From the NCBI GenBank assembly GCA_964200985.1, contig CAXNCU010000001.1, positions 1-59,106 of the forward strand: a DNA stretch of 59,106 nucleotides, given 5' to 3'. The DNA comes from Candidatus Planktophila sp. (GTDB lineage Bacteria > Actinomycetota > Actinomycetes > Nanopelagicales > Nanopelagicaceae). Shown in pieces: positions 44,416-55,096 of the stretch (the first letter of the stretch is position 1; the number at the start of each line of letters is the position of its first letter). Position numbers and translations under genes: made by a program. A model generated the notes under the pieces. That model did not search any database. It was not told the origin of the DNA and saw only the letters and a program-made list of their open reading frames with translations.

Positions 44416-45606
44416 ATGTCAAAACGCCTTTTTACCTCAGAATCTGTAACTGAAGGACATCCAGACAAGATCGCAGATGCAATTTCAGATGCTGTTCTTG
44501 ATTCTCTACTTTCTCAAGATATTAAGAGCCGCGTAGCTGTAGAAACACTCATCACAACTGGACAGGTACACGTTGCTGGTGAAGTTACTACTAATGGCTA
44601 TGCAGATGTCAACACAATTGTTCGCGACACAGTTCTAAATATCGGCTATGACTCATCGGATAAAGGCTTTGATGGAAATAGTTGCGGAGTTTCAATCTCA
44701 ATCGGACAGCAGTCACAAGACATTGCTCAAGGAGTAGATGATGCTTATGAGCATCGCGTAGCATCTGGCGCCGATCCCTTGGATTTGCAAGGTGCGGGAG
44801 ATCAAGGCCTAATGTTTGGCTATGCCTGCGATGATACAAAAGAGCTCATGCCTCTTCCTATTTGGTTAGCACATGCTCTAGCCCAGCAACTTTCAAAGGT
44901 CCGTAAATCAGGTCAACTTCCATATCTTCGCCCCGATGGCAAGACTCAAGTAACTATTGAATACGATGGAGATCGCGCAGTTGCACTCAATACCGTTGTT
45001 ATCTCCAGTCAGCATGCCGAAGAGGTCGATGTCGTTAAAACGTTAACTCCTGAGATTCTTGAGTTTGTGATCGAACCAATTCTCTCAACTATCGATCTAC
45101 CTAGAAAAGATCTTAAGACGCTAATTAACCCAACAGGTCGCTTCGTTATTGGCGGGCCAATGGGAGATGCCGGATTAACGGGACGTAAAATTATCGTTGA
45201 TACTTACGGTGGAATGGCTCGTCACGGCGGAGGAGCCTTCAGCGGAAAAGATCCATCGAAGGTAGATAGATCGGCAGCTTATGCAATGAGATGGGTAGCT
45301 AAAAACGTAGTTGCCGCAGGACTTGCACGTCGCTGCGAAGTTCAAGTTGCATATGCAATTGGAAAAGCGCAGCCAGTTGGTCTCTTTGTCGAAACTTTCG
45401 GAACCGAGACTGTGCCGGTCGCTAAGATTCAAGATGCTGTTTTAGCCGTCTTTGATCTTCGTCCAGCGGCGATCATTCGCGACCTAGAACTACTACGCCC
45501 AATTTATAAACTTACTAGCGCATACGGTCACTTTGGTCGCGAACTACCTGAGTTTGCCTGGGAGCGCACTGATCGCGTGAGTGCACTTCAAAGCGCTATT
45601 AAGTAG
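44416..45606 (+). CDS. metK: S-adenosylmethionine synthase
   Basis: [19 protein letters not shown] and GGGAFSGKD. Confidence 0.98.
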   Translation: MSKRLFTSESVTEGHPDKIADAISDAVLDSLLSQDIKSRVAVETLITTGQVHVAGEVTTNGYADVNTIVRDTVLNIGYDSSDKGFDGNSCGVSISIGQQSQDIAQGVDDAYEHRVASGADPLDLQGAGDQGLMFGYACDDTKELMPLPIWLAHALAQQLSKVRKSGQLPYLRPDGKTQVTIEYDGDRAVALNTVVISSQHAEEVDVVKTLTPEILEFVIEPILSTIDLPRKDLKTLINPTGRFVIGGPMGDAGLTGRKIIVDTYGGMARHGGGAFSGKDPSKVDRSAAYAMRWVAKNVVAAGLARRCEVQVAYAIGKAQPVGLFVETFGTETVPVAKIQDAVLAVFDLRPAAIIRDLELLRPIYKLTSAYGHFGRELPEFAWERTDRVSALQSAIK

Positions 45607-45609
45607 AGC

Positions 45610-47493
45610 GTGGTATCGCCGCCTCGACTGCGCTTAAAGGCGCAAGTCATTTCGCGGCCGCAGATTCAAGCGGTAAATAAACCCTATGCACGAACGTGGG
45701 TTGATACAGGCGTTTTTCATTTAGATGGCGTATATGACTACCTCGTACCTGAAGAGTTCTCACATAGCGCCACTATTGGAGTGAGAGTCCAAGTTCCTTT
45801 TAATGGGCGAGAAGTTGAAGCTATCGTTGTTGAACGCCTTGATAAGTCAAGTGTCAGCGGTGTTATTAAATTAATTACCAAAGTTCTCTCTCCTCACCAA
45901 GTTGCAACAGCGAGCTCTCTGGAGCTCATTGATACTGTAGCCAGACATTGGGCGAGCAACCGATTCGATATTCTCCGCTCAGCAATACCACCTCGAGTAG
46001 CAGGCGTAGATAAAAGCTTTGTAGCCCTCGAGCAAAGGCAGGCACATAAGCCACGATCACGGGGCACCTACTCTTTTAACGCATTTGACCCGTATGTAGA
46101 ACCTGCCGATCAAGTCATCACGATGGCTATCCCTTTGCTTAAGGATGGCTCGGTATTAGTGGTTGCACCCGATGAGCATGATATTGATGCGCTGTGTAGG
46201 AGTGCACAGCAAAGCGGAGTTGCATACATTCGCCTGGATAGCTCGCAACCCCGTGCCGAAAGATACGAAAATTACCTACGTGCTATGCGCGCTAATCTGA
46301 GTTTGATAATCGGTGCTCGTGGAGCAGCCTTTACTCCAGTTGATGATCTAGCCAGTGTCATCGTATATAAAGAATCATCGCACGAGCATTTCGAGATTCG
46401 CAGCCCTGGTTGGAATGTACGGGATGTTGTTCAAATGCGGAGAAGAGTCCAAAAAATCGACCTCATCTTCACAGGTTATGTTCCTTCTCTCGAAATCTCC
46501 GCACTCATTGATACGAAGAAGATGAAATACGTAAACAGATCACATCGATTAAGAGTCAAGGCTTTTTCATCTGATGACGGAGCTTTACTTCCGGGAAGAA
46601 TATTTTCAGATATTCGTACAGCTCTTGCAACTGGGCCAGTTCTTTTCGTGGTACCGCGCAAAGGTTATGGAAACGCTCTTTTATGTGCGCACTGTAAAAA
46701 TCTTGCCAGATGCAGTTGCGGTGCACGACTTGTAGTCGGATCAAAGGGAGCTTGGCCTAACTGCGAAGTATGTCAATCCACATATCCCGATTGGTCGTGC
46801 TCGTGGTGCCAAAGAAATAAGCAGTATCTCGCTGGTCGCGGTATCGAACGCGCGGCTGAGGAGATTTCAAGGGCTTTTCCTGGAGCAGCTCTTGTTTTGT
46901 CATACGGTGATGTCATTAAAACTGAGATAGAGAGTAAGTCGATTATTGTATTAGCAACACCAGGAGCTGCTCCAAAGGTAGTGGGCGGATATTCGGCCGT
47001 GGTCATGTTGGAGGGATTAAAGCTCTTCTCGCACCCGGATTTGCGGGCACAAGAGCGGGCGCGTGAGCTCTTCTTTGAAACTGCAGCTATGACTAATCCG
47101 AAAGGCGCGGTCCTCTTGTGCATCGATGAATCACATCCAATTGTTGCCTCCCTTGTGAGATGGAACCCTGGAGCGATGATTCGACGGGAATTAGAGGAGC
47201 GCTTGGAGATCCCATTGCCACCATATGTTTCCAGTTACGTATTAAGTGGTGAATCCAAAGATTTCACATCAATTGCTTCGGGTTTGAAAAAGGCGATATC
47301 TGATGCGCGTATACCTTCATCGATACGGGTCTATGGCCCTAGTGAAATAGGCAGCTCACGTGCCAAAATTGTCTTGTACTGCCCGTCGGAAGATTGTGCA
47401 GAATTAACTACATTTCTACACGAGTTGCAACGCAGGCGCAGTATTGCAAAGAAAGATTTCCTATCGATAAGAATCGATCCATATTCGCTCTGA
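45610..47493 (+). CDS. priA: Primosomal protein N' (PriA) with degenerate helicase motifs
   Basis: YDYLVP..GVRVQVPF 3'-binding domain, Cys-rich zinc region, PLPP and RIDP C-terminus; between metK and def/fmt. Confidence 0.88.
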   Translation: MVSPPRLRLKAQVISRPQIQAVNKPYARTWVDTGVFHLDGVYDYLVPEEFSHSATIGVRVQVPFNGREVEAIVVERLDKSSVSGVIKLITKVLSPHQVATASSLELIDTVARHWASNRFDILRSAIPPRVAGVDKSFVALEQRQAHKPRSRGTYSFNAFDPYVEPADQVITMAIPLLKDGSVLVVAPDEHDIDALCRSAQQSGVAYIRLDSSQPRAERYENYLRAMRANLSLIIGARGAAFTPVDDLASVIVYKESSHEHFEIRSPGWNVRDVVQMRRRVQKIDLIFTGYVPSLEISALIDTKKMKYVNRSHRLRVKAFSSDDGALLPGRIFSDIRTALATGPVLFVVPRKGYGNALLCAHCKNLARCSCGARLVVGSKGAWPNCEVCQSTYPDWSCSWCQRNKQYLAGRGIERAAEEISRAFPGAALVLSYGDVIKTEIESKSIIVLATPGAAPKVVGGYSAVVMLEGLKLFSHPDLRAQERARELFFETAAMTNPKGAVLLCIDESHPIVASLVRWNPGAMIRRELEERLEIPLPPYVSSYVLSGESKDFTSIASGLKKAISDARIPSSIRVYGPSEIGSSRAKIVLYCPSEDCAELTTFLHELQRRRSIAKKDFLSIRIDPYSL

Positions 47494-47514
47494 GTTCTTT
47501 GATAGGATTATCAA

Positions 47515-48066
47515 ATGAGCGCGCAAGATATACGTCATTTCGGAGATCCCGTTCTTATTACCCCGGCCGCTCCGGTAATTGATTTTGACAAAGAGTTGCG
47601 TACGCTAATTGCCGATTTAACACAGACAATGCTCGATGCCCCTGGTGCCGGTTTAGCGGCTCCTCAGATCGGTGTATCACTTCGTGCCTTTGTATGGCAT
47701 GTGGATGACGTCTTAGGTCATCTCATCAATCCGACTCTTGTGCTCAGCGGTGATGTAGAAGAAGAGGACGAAGGGTGTCTGTCGTTTCCTGATGTGACGC
47801 TTCCGACACCACGTTCTATACGTGCAGTTGCATCTGGATTTAATATGTTTGGAGAGCCAATAAGCGTTGATGGCTCTGAACTTCTTGCTAGAGCGTTGCA
47901 ACATGAAACCGATCATCTAGATGGCATTCTCTTCATTGACCGGATGAGTAAGGCCAATCGGAAACTTGCGATGAAAGAGATACGACAATCCGATTGGTTT
48001 AATGAGGCCGAGAGCAAGATCACAATTAAGCAATCACCCCATACGATCTTCGGACGGAATACCTAG
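47515..48066 (+). CDS. def: Peptide deformylase
   Basis: GLAAPQIG, EGCLS and QHETDHLDG. Confidence 0.97.
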   Translation: MSAQDIRHFGDPVLITPAAPVIDFDKELRTLIADLTQTMLDAPGAGLAAPQIGVSLRAFVWHVDDVLGHLINPTLVLSGDVEEEDEGCLSFPDVTLPTPRSIRAVASGFNMFGEPISVDGSELLARALQHETDHLDGILFIDRMSKANRKLAMKEIRQSDWFNEAESKITIKQSPHTIFGRNT

Positions 48067-48971
48067 TGCGTATCGGAGTAGCTGCTACTCCAGATGTTGC
48101 TATCCCAACATTAAACTGGTTGCTTAAGTCAGAGCATCAGATTTCACTTGTCATCTCTCAACCAGATAGACCTGCGGGACGGGGGAGAGAACTCACGCCC
48201 TCACCGGTGACTCTCTGGGCACAAGCTCAAGGTATTGAACTTTTAAGACCAGAGTCCCCGAGTGAACTTATTGGAGCAATTCAAGCTTTGGATATCGTTC
48301 TGACAATTGGTTATGGAGTACTTCTACCTGAAGCCATACTGTCACTGCCTCGCTATGGATTTATTAATCTTCATTTCTCCCTCCTTCCGGCCTACCGAGG
48401 CGCAGCTCCGGCGCAACGAGCGATTGAACATGGGGAGAGCGTTACAGGAGTTACGGTCTTTGCTTTGGATAAGGGAATGGACACCGGTCCGACTTATTCA
48501 ACTACTAATCTAACTATCCAAAAGGATTGGCGCTCTCAAGAGTTGTTGCAGGCTTTGGCAGAGTTAGGGCCTCAAGCAGTTGATAAGGCCTTATCCGCAA
48601 TCCAATCGGGAGTTAGTCCGCAGCCTCAGCAAGGAGTTACATCATTGGCTCCTAAGATTACGAAAGAAGAGGCCCGCATTGATTGGCTCTTGTCTTCTCT
48701 GACACTCTCACGCAAGATTCGCGCCTTCTATCCCGCACCATGTGCTTGGAGTACATGGGAAGAAAATAGCTTTAAGATCACGAGAGCGCATGCAGGCACT
48801 GCGGATTTATCTGTAGGGGAGATTGCTGTAATTGATGGTGATGTCGTTGTTGGGTGCGGAGAGGGAACTGCCCTCACTCTTGAATCCGTTGTTCCTGCAG
48901 GCAAAAAAGAGATGACAGCGATCGAATGGGCACGGGGTGCGAGATTGATGCAAGGTGCTCACTTTGGCTGA
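48066..48971 (+). CDS. fmt: Methionyl-tRNA formyltransferase
   Basis: QPDRPAGRG, NLHFSLLP.YRGAAP and GMDTGP. Confidence 0.96.
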   Translation: MRIGVAATPDVAIPTLNWLLKSEHQISLVISQPDRPAGRGRELTPSPVTLWAQAQGIELLRPESPSELIGAIQALDIVLTIGYGVLLPEAILSLPRYGFINLHFSLLPAYRGAAPAQRAIEHGESVTGVTVFALDKGMDTGPTYSTTNLTIQKDWRSQELLQALAELGPQAVDKALSAIQSGVSPQPQQGVTSLAPKITKEEARIDWLLSSLTLSRKIRAFYPAPCAWSTWEENSFKITRAHAGTADLSVGEIAVIDGDVVVGCGEGTALTLESVVPAGKKEMTAIEWARGARLMQGAHFG

Positions 48972-50316
48972 GGCGCGTAGAAACACTTTCAAATCACCTA
49001 AGCCAGATGCCCCGCGCCTACTGGCCTTTGATCTAATTACTGAGGTCAACCGAAATGAAGGCTATTCAAATCTCTTACTACCGCAGGCATTGAGTTCTAG
49101 TGCGATGGAGGATCGAGACCGTAATTTGGTAACAGAGCTGGTCTACGGCACCTTACGAATGCAAGGAAAGCATGATTGGGTGTTGGCACAGATTAGTGAT
49201 CGCCCGTGGTCTGAGGTCGATCCAGGGATCATCGATGTTGCCCGTCTTGGAGTCCACCAAATACATGAGATGCGAATACCGGATCATGCCGCCGTAGCTG
49301 CCACTGTTGAGGTCGCTCGTAAGCGGATAGGCGAATCAAAAGCGAGTTTCGTTAACGCCCTTCTGCGAAGTGTGACGCGTAAATCAATCGATGATTGGTT
49401 TGAACCTTTGCTACATATCAAAGATCCAGTGCTAAGAATGTCCATTCAATACTCGCACCCAGAGTGGATTATTTCGGCCTACTACGATCTTTTAAAGGAT
49501 TGGGAACAGGTTGAGGCCGCTCTTGCCATCAATAATATCCCTGCATTGCCAACATTGGTTTCGTGGCCTGGCTATTCAACTCAAGAAGATCTAATCGCCC
49601 TTGGTGCCGAGGCGACCACATATTCGCCGTTGGGTGCTAGATGGAAAGGCAATCCTGGCTCTCTCGAAATAATTCGCCATAGATTGGCAGGTGTTCAAGA
49701 TGAGGGTTCACAGTTAGTTGCAACGGTATTTGCATCAGTTGCAGATGGCGCCGCATGGTTGGATCTATGTGCAGGTCCCGGCGGAAAAGCGGCCTTACTT
49801 TCATCCATTGCAGCGCAGCGTGGTATTAGTTTTACTGCAAATGAAATCTCCACCCCGCGTGCGGATTTAGTGCGTCGCGTTGTTCATGGTGCGAGAGTAT
49901 GGACAGGTGATGGACGTGAAGTCTCCTCTCACAATGAACTCTTTGATGCAGTTCTTATTGATGCACCCTGTACAGGTTTAGGCGCGTTGAGAAGGCGACC
50001 TGAAGTGCGCTGGCGGCGAACACTAAAAGATCTACGCGAGTTGACTCAACTGCAACGCGAACTCATTGACTCGGCTATCTCAGTGCTCAATGCTGGGGGC
50101 GTACTCGGTTATGCCACCTGCTCGCCGCACTTGGCTGAAACGAGCGTTCAAATCAACGACATTATCAAAAACCATCCCGAAATGGAGTTAGTAGATGTAG
50201 CTCCCTACCTGCCGCAAGGTTTAGTGAATGCAACTCGAGGCGGCGCCATGGCTCTGTGGACACACCTTCATGGCACTGATGCGATGTTTTTAGCGCTCTT
50301 ACGAAAGAAAAGTTAA
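48964..50316 (+). CDS. rsmB: 16S rRNA m5C methyltransferase RsmB/Sun
   Basis: NusB-like N-terminus, VQDEGSQ, DLCAGPGGK, DAPCTG and YATCS. Confidence 0.93.
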   Translation: MAEARRNTFKSPKPDAPRLLAFDLITEVNRNEGYSNLLLPQALSSSAMEDRDRNLVTELVYGTLRMQGKHDWVLAQISDRPWSEVDPGIIDVARLGVHQIHEMRIPDHAAVAATVEVARKRIGESKASFVNALLRSVTRKSIDDWFEPLLHIKDPVLRMSIQYSHPEWIISAYYDLLKDWEQVEAALAINNIPALPTLVSWPGYSTQEDLIALGAEATTYSPLGARWKGNPGSLEIIRHRLAGVQDEGSQLVATVFASVADGAAWLDLCAGPGGKAALLSSIAAQRGISFTANEISTPRADLVRRVVHGARVWTGDGREVSSHNELFDAVLIDAPCTGLGALRRRPEVRWRRTLKDLRELTQLQRELIDSAISVLNAGGVLGYATCSPHLAETSVQINDIIKNHPEMELVDVAPYLPQGLVNATRGGAMALWTHLHGTDAMFLALLRKKS

Positions 50317-50325
50317 GGTACTCCC

Positions 50326-50988
50326 ATGGCACGAGAGATTCGAATTACTCCCAGCATTCTCAACGCTGATCTGAATAATTTAGAGCATGAGATCTCTCGA
50401 ATAGCCGCCCAATCCGACCTTATTCATTTGGATGTCATGGATAATATTTTCGTTCCAAATTTCACCTTCGATTTTAATCGTGCCAGTGAAATTATCAGAT
50501 CATGCCCGATTGGAGTGGATGCACATTTAATGGTTGCAGATGTTGATTCGATTGCTCCGGCTTATGCCGAAGTGGGATGTAGCAGCGTGACCATTCACGC
50601 TGAGGCGGCAACTGATATTTCGCAAACCCTTAGATCGATAAGAAAAGCTGGCGCACGAGCAGGACTAGCGTTGAAGCCAGGTACGCCCATGGAAGACTAT
50701 GAAAACTTTATCGATGATGTCGATATGTTTTTGATTATGACTGTCGAACCTGGTTTTGGTGGACAGAAATTTATGCATGAGATGATGGCGAAAGTTAAAC
50801 GTGCTCGAAAGATTATTGGAGACCGCCCTATTTGGCTGCAAGTCGATGGGGGAGTCTCATTAGAGACTATTTCGGAGGCGGCAGAAGCTGGGGCCGACGT
50901 GTTTGTCGCGGGAAGCGCAGTATTTAATGCCGATGATCCAGCTGCGATGATTCTCTCCCTGCGCAACTTAGCAAGCTCTGTGGCATAA
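50326..50988 (+). CDS. rpe: Ribulose-phosphate 3-epimerase
   Basis: PSIL, HLDVMD, MTVEPGFGGQ and QVDGG. Confidence 0.97.
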   Translation: MAREIRITPSILNADLNNLEHEISRIAAQSDLIHLDVMDNIFVPNFTFDFNRASEIIRSCPIGVDAHLMVADVDSIAPAYAEVGCSSVTIHAEAATDISQTLRSIRKAGARAGLALKPGTPMEDYENFIDDVDMFLIMTVEPGFGGQKFMHEMMAKVKRARKIIGDRPIWLQVDGGVSLETISEAAEAGADVFVAGSAVFNADDPAAMILSLRNLASSVA

Positions 50989-51000
50989 TAACGCCTAAGT

Positions 51001-51120
51001 TGTTCCGGGGGTCGGTGATAATTCCGAACCGGCGGTAAAGTCCGCGACCCGATCACATCCAGTGATCGGTTGATTTGGTGTAAATCCAAAACCGACAGTT
51101 AAAGTCTGGATAAAGGAACA
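51001..51120 (+). ncRNA. FMN riboswitch (RFN element)
   Basis: P1 TGTTCC/GGAACA; GGGGTCGGTGATAATTCCGAACCGGCGGTAAAGTCCGCGA and GGTGTAAATCC..ACCGACAGTTAAAGTCTGGAT match the RFN consensus. Confidence 0.93.
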
Positions 51121-51121
51121 T

Positions 51122-51150
51122 ACAGTTGGGTGCACCGTGCATCCAACTGT
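51122..51150 (+). terminator. Hairpin in the FMN riboswitch expression platform (possible terminator)
   Basis: ACAGTTGGGTGCA-CCG-TGCATCCAACTGT (13 bp including one G-U), followed by a weakly U-rich tract. Confidence 0.55.
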
Positions 51151-51192
51151 TCTGTTGCTTCCTGGAGCTTTTTATCCTAGGAAGGTACAACT

Positions 51193-51882
51193 GTGAATAT
51201 TATTACCTGGCTTTTTGAAACAAATATTAGTTTTGGTAGCAAATCTATCGCCGTGCGCGAAATTGTCGGCGGAACGTTAGGTTTAACAAGTGCAATATTT
51301 GGAATGCGGCGCAAAATTTGGGCATGGCCAATTGGAATTCTCGGAGATGCTCTACTTTTCACCGTATTTTTAGGCGCCGTCTTTGCTTATGCAGATCAAC
51401 CATCAGCTAATTTCTATGGTCAAGCTAGCCGTAATCTCTTGCTCATCTTCGTCAGCATCTATGGTTGGATTCGCTGGTCGCAGCATCGCAAGAGTCATGG
51501 CAATTCCAAACATGCCGTGACACCACGATGGACAACAACTCGGGAGAAAATGATGCTCGCCCCGATTATCGTTGTATTTTTCCTTCTCTCCATGCAGATT
51601 TTTAAGGCGCTAGGTGAGACTGGTACTTGGTTACTTGTAGATACTTGGATATTCACGGGTACGGCACTTGCAACTTTTGGCATGAGCCGTGGTTATGTTG
51701 AGTTTTGGTTAGTGTGGGTAGCCGTTGATCTAGTGGGCGTTCCCTTTGCCTTTAGCAATGGCTATTACCCGACGGGCACTCTTTATGCCATTTATCTCCC
51801 CTTTGTTATCTGGGGATTCATCTCATGGCTACGCATCTCTAAAGTCGAAGCAAATGGTCAACGTGTGGTTGTAGCTTCATAG
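51193..51882 (+). CDS. PnuC-family riboflavin transporter (RibM/PnuX-like)
   Basis: PnuC-type membrane protein (WAWPIG, YGW.RW, EFW.VW.AVD.VGVP) directly under an FMN riboswitch. Confidence 0.88.
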   Translation: MNIITWLFETNISFGSKSIAVREIVGGTLGLTSAIFGMRRKIWAWPIGILGDALLFTVFLGAVFAYADQPSANFYGQASRNLLLIFVSIYGWIRWSQHRKSHGNSKHAVTPRWTTTREKMMLAPIIVVFFLLSMQIFKALGETGTWLLVDTWIFTGTALATFGMSRGYVEFWLVWVAVDLVGVPFAFSNGYYPTGTLYAIYLPFVIWGFISWLRISKVEANGQRVVVAS

Positions 51883-51895
51883 TAAAGTAGCGACC

Positions 51896-52159
51896 ATGAA
51901 ATCCTTTGATGCTCTCTGGGCCGAGCTTGCAGCGACATTAGCAACTCGCCCAGAGGGTTCAGGGACAGTAGCAGCCGTTGATGCAGGCGTTCACAGCATC
52001 GGAAAGAAAATCTTGGAAGAGGCGGGGGAGGTTTGGCTCGCGGCCGAACACGAATCAGATGAGGCGTTGGCTGAAGAGATCAGTCAGCTCATTTATCATC
52101 TTCAGACCATGATGTTGGCCCGTGGCCTAACCCCTGACGACATCTACAAATACCTTTAA
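51896..52159 (+). CDS. hisE: Phosphoribosyl-ATP pyrophosphatase
   Basis: [16 protein letters not shown] and EEISQLIYH. Confidence 0.95.
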   Translation: MKSFDALWAELAATLATRPEGSGTVAAVDAGVHSIGKKILEEAGEVWLAAEHESDEALAEEISQLIYHLQTMMLARGLTPDDIYKYL

Positions 52160-52174
52160 GAGAATCGAGTAAGC

Positions 52175-53020
52175 ATGTTGCGTATTGCCGTACCAAATAA
52201 AGGCTCACTTGCCGATGCTTCGATCGCAATCTTAAAAGAGGCTGGGTATAACCAACGAAGTGACAGTCGTGATTTGATTTTAGTTGATAGTGAAAATAAC
52301 GTTGAGTTCTACTATCTGCGTCCTCGTGACATTGCTATATATGTTGGTTCGGGTGAGCTAGAGGCTGGAATCACCGGACGAGATCTCTTAATCGACTCCT
52401 CGGCCAAGGCAACGGAGCTTTTGTCCTTAGATTTTGGCGGCTCAACTTTTCGTTTTGCCGGTCCTATAGATCGAGAATGGGTTTTGGGCGACATAGCTGG
52501 TAAACGTGTTGCTACGGCTTATCCTGGATTAGTCGCCGACTACCTTTCCTCAGTGTCGATAACAGCCGATGTCGTTCGCTTAGATGGAGCGGTAGAAAGC
52601 AGCGTTCGGTTGGGAGTTGCCGATGTAATTGCAGATGTTGTGAGTACTGGAAATACGCTACGCCAGGCAGGTTTGAAAATATTTGGCGATGTGATTTTAA
52701 AAAGTGAGGCAATCGTTATTTCGCGAACAGGCTTTGATATACCGGCGGAGTTGGAGGTCCTCATTCGCCGTTTGCAGGGTGTAGTGACGGCACGCAGATA
52801 TGTTTTACTTGATTACGATATTCCTAAAATTAACGTAGAGGCGGCGTGCGCAATCACGCCTGGCTTGGAGTCTCCTACGATTTCTCCCTTGCAGAAAGCT
52901 GATTGGGTTGCAGTTCGTGCGATGGTCTTACGCAAAGATACAAACCGTGTTATGGATGAGCTTTGGAGCATAGGTGCTCGAGGAATATTGGTAACTGATA
53001 TTCACGCCTGCAGATTATAA
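52175..53020 (+). CDS. hisG: ATP phosphoribosyltransferase (long form)
   Basis: IAVPNKG, RPRDI, DVVSTGNTL and PGLESPT C-terminal regulatory domain. Confidence 0.97.
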   Translation: MLRIAVPNKGSLADASIAILKEAGYNQRSDSRDLILVDSENNVEFYYLRPRDIAIYVGSGELEAGITGRDLLIDSSAKATELLSLDFGGSTFRFAGPIDREWVLGDIAGKRVATAYPGLVADYLSSVSITADVVRLDGAVESSVRLGVADVIADVVSTGNTLRQAGLKIFGDVILKSEAIVISRTGFDIPAELEVLIRRLQGVVTARRYVLLDYDIPKINVEAACAITPGLESPTISPLQKADWVAVRAMVLRKDTNRVMDELWSIGARGILVTDIHACRL

Positions 53021-53023
53021 GAA

Positions 53024-54217
53024 TTACTCTTCTTCGACAGCCTCGCGTGGAATGCCAAGCAGATACAGGGCTGAATCAAGGTAGGGACCGCTAAGAGAGC
53101 TATCTGCGGCCGCCTTGACTGCCGGTTTTGCATTAAATGCTATTCCCAGGCCAGCTGCTGCAATCATGTCCAAATCATTGGCACCATCTCCGATGGCCAC
53201 AGTCTGATCCATTGAGATTGTTTCAAGCGCAGCGAAATCACGGAGAGCCTGTGCTTTTGCTGCGCGATCAATGATTGGACCGATTAGACCACCAGTTAGA
53301 AATCCATTTTCAATTTCAAGTTTGTTGGCGCGAAAGTGAGTAATTCCGAGCTCTGTTATCAATGGAGCAATAACGTCGATGAAACCCCCGGAGACAATTG
53401 AGATGCTATGACCTAGACGTTGCAAGGTGCGTATTAACGTTCTAGCACCTGGTGTTAAGACGATCTCGTTTTGAACTTCTGCCAGTGCTGATTCAGGCAG
53501 TCCCTTCAGTAGCGCAACTCTTGCCCGCAGTGAACTCTCGAAATCCAGCTCCCCGCGCATTGCCGATTCGGTTATTTCTATAACTTGGGGACCTACTCCC
53601 GCCTTCGCGGCGAGCAGTTCAATTACCTCTTGTTTTATCAAAGTTGAATCGACATCAAGCTGAACAAGTTTCTTAGCAAAGCGTAAATAACCACCAGCTT
53701 GCACTGAAATATCCACTCTATGCGATGCCGCCACGGGAGCAAGGGCTGCGGCGATTACCTCTTGAGGGGCACCTGAAATCACCAGCTCAATTGCTGTCAC
53801 AGGAGTTGAGGCGGTGCGAGTAATACGCTCAATGTTTGCACCTGTCGCACTAATTGCTCCAGCAATCTGAGCGATAGCAAGCGGCAAAAGCTTTGTGCCG
53901 AGCAAAACGACATGCAGCAGGTCTCTCTTAGATGCAATGCTCGAACTACTAGTGGTTGCAAAAAGTGTTGCGATATCTACATCCATTTGTGTTGCGCATT
54001 CCAGCAAATCGCTCTCTATAGCCTTTTCATGGGCAGGGCTAAGGGCTATGAGCACGGTCAAAATCAGGCGGTCGCTTATGATCACCTGCTCGATATCTAA
54101 AATTGAAATTGAGAAGGGGGCTAGCGTGCTAAAAAGCGCTTCGGTTATACCTGGCCTGTCGACTCCGCTTAAGAGAATTAGACCCGTGAACTGCTCATTC
54201 TCGTTTTCTGCTGCCAT
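53024..54217 (-). CDS. serB: Phosphoserine phosphatase with two N-terminal ACT domains
   Basis: G.DRPG ACT start; HAD motifs DVDST, VSGGF and GDGANDL. Confidence 0.94.
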   Translation of the reverse strand: MAAENENEQFTGLILLSGVDRPGITEALFSTLAPFSISILDIEQVIISDRLILTVLIALSPAHEKAIESDLLECATQMDVDIATLFATTSSSSIASKRDLLHVVLLGTKLLPLAIAQIAGAISATGANIERITRTASTPVTAIELVISGAPQEVIAAALAPVAASHRVDISVQAGGYLRFAKKLVQLDVDSTLIKQEVIELLAAKAGVGPQVIEITESAMRGELDFESSLRARVALLKGLPESALAEVQNEIVLTPGARTLIRTLQRLGHSISIVSGGFIDVIAPLITELGITHFRANKLEIENGFLTGGLIGPIIDRAAKAQALRDFAALETISMDQTVAIGDGANDLDMIAAAGLGIAFNAKPAVKAAADSSLSGPYLDSALYLLGIPREAVEEE

Positions 54218-54303
54218 GATGAGGAGTAGGTTATCGCGAATCACGCTGCGCCAAAGCAGATAATGGCCTCACTTCACCCCTTTACGCAGTATCTTTTTGC
54301 CCT

Positions 54304-55095
54304 ATGGAGAGCACATCGGTTTTAGAAATCAAGGGTGTCTCTGTCCGTCGCGATGAGAAGATTATTCTTGGACCAATTGATTTTTCGGTTAGCGCGGGGG
54401 AGCGTTGGGTAATTCTCGGTCCCAATGGGGCCGGTAAATCAACCCTCCTTCAAATTCTTTCTACGAGGATTCATCCGACAACTGGCACTGTAAAAATTTT
54501 AGATAAAACCATGGGCCGCGTAGATCTCTTCGAACTGCGCACTCGAATCGGTATTTGCGGGGCATTAAACGCCGAAGATATTCCTTGGGATGAACTAGTA
54601 CGAGATGTAGTTTTGACGGCCGCCTATGCCGTTCTTGGTCGCTGGAATGAGGTTTATGATTTATGGGATGAGTCTCGTGCAATTGCACTGCTCACGGTTT
54701 TTGGCGTAAGAGAGTTTGCAGATCGTCGCTATGGCACATTGAGTGAGGGAGAGCGCAAACGAGTCCAAATTGCGCGTGCGCTCATGACTGATCCAGAACT
54801 TCTATTGTTGGATGAACCTGCGGCCGGTTTAGATGTCGGCGGTCGCGAAGATCTGCTTCGCAGATTTGCTGAATTTTCTAATGATCCGAGTGCTCCGGCA
54901 ACCGTTCTTGTTACACATCATATTGAAGAGATTCCTTTAGGGACCACGCACGCACTTTTGCTTAAGGATGGAACCATAGCTGTCTCAGGACCAGTCTTTG
55001 ATGTAATTACCAGCGAGCACATATCTGCAATTTTCCAAACACCGATTGAAGTTACGAGCACAGCAGGTAGATTTTCAGCTCGCTCTAAGGCATAG
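54304..55095 (+). CDS. ABC transporter ATP-binding protein (no adjacent permease)
   Basis: GPNGAGKST, LSEGE, LLLDEP and VTHH. Confidence 0.93.
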   Translation: MESTSVLEIKGVSVRRDEKIILGPIDFSVSAGERWVILGPNGAGKSTLLQILSTRIHPTTGTVKILDKTMGRVDLFELRTRIGICGALNAEDIPWDELVRDVVLTAAYAVLGRWNEVYDLWDESRAIALLTVFGVREFADRRYGTLSEGERKRVQIARALMTDPELLLLDEPAAGLDVGGREDLLRRFAEFSNDPSAPATVLVTHHIEEIPLGTTHALLLKDGTIAVSGPVFDVITSEHISAIFQTPIEVTSTAGRFSARSKA

Positions 55096-55096
55096 C

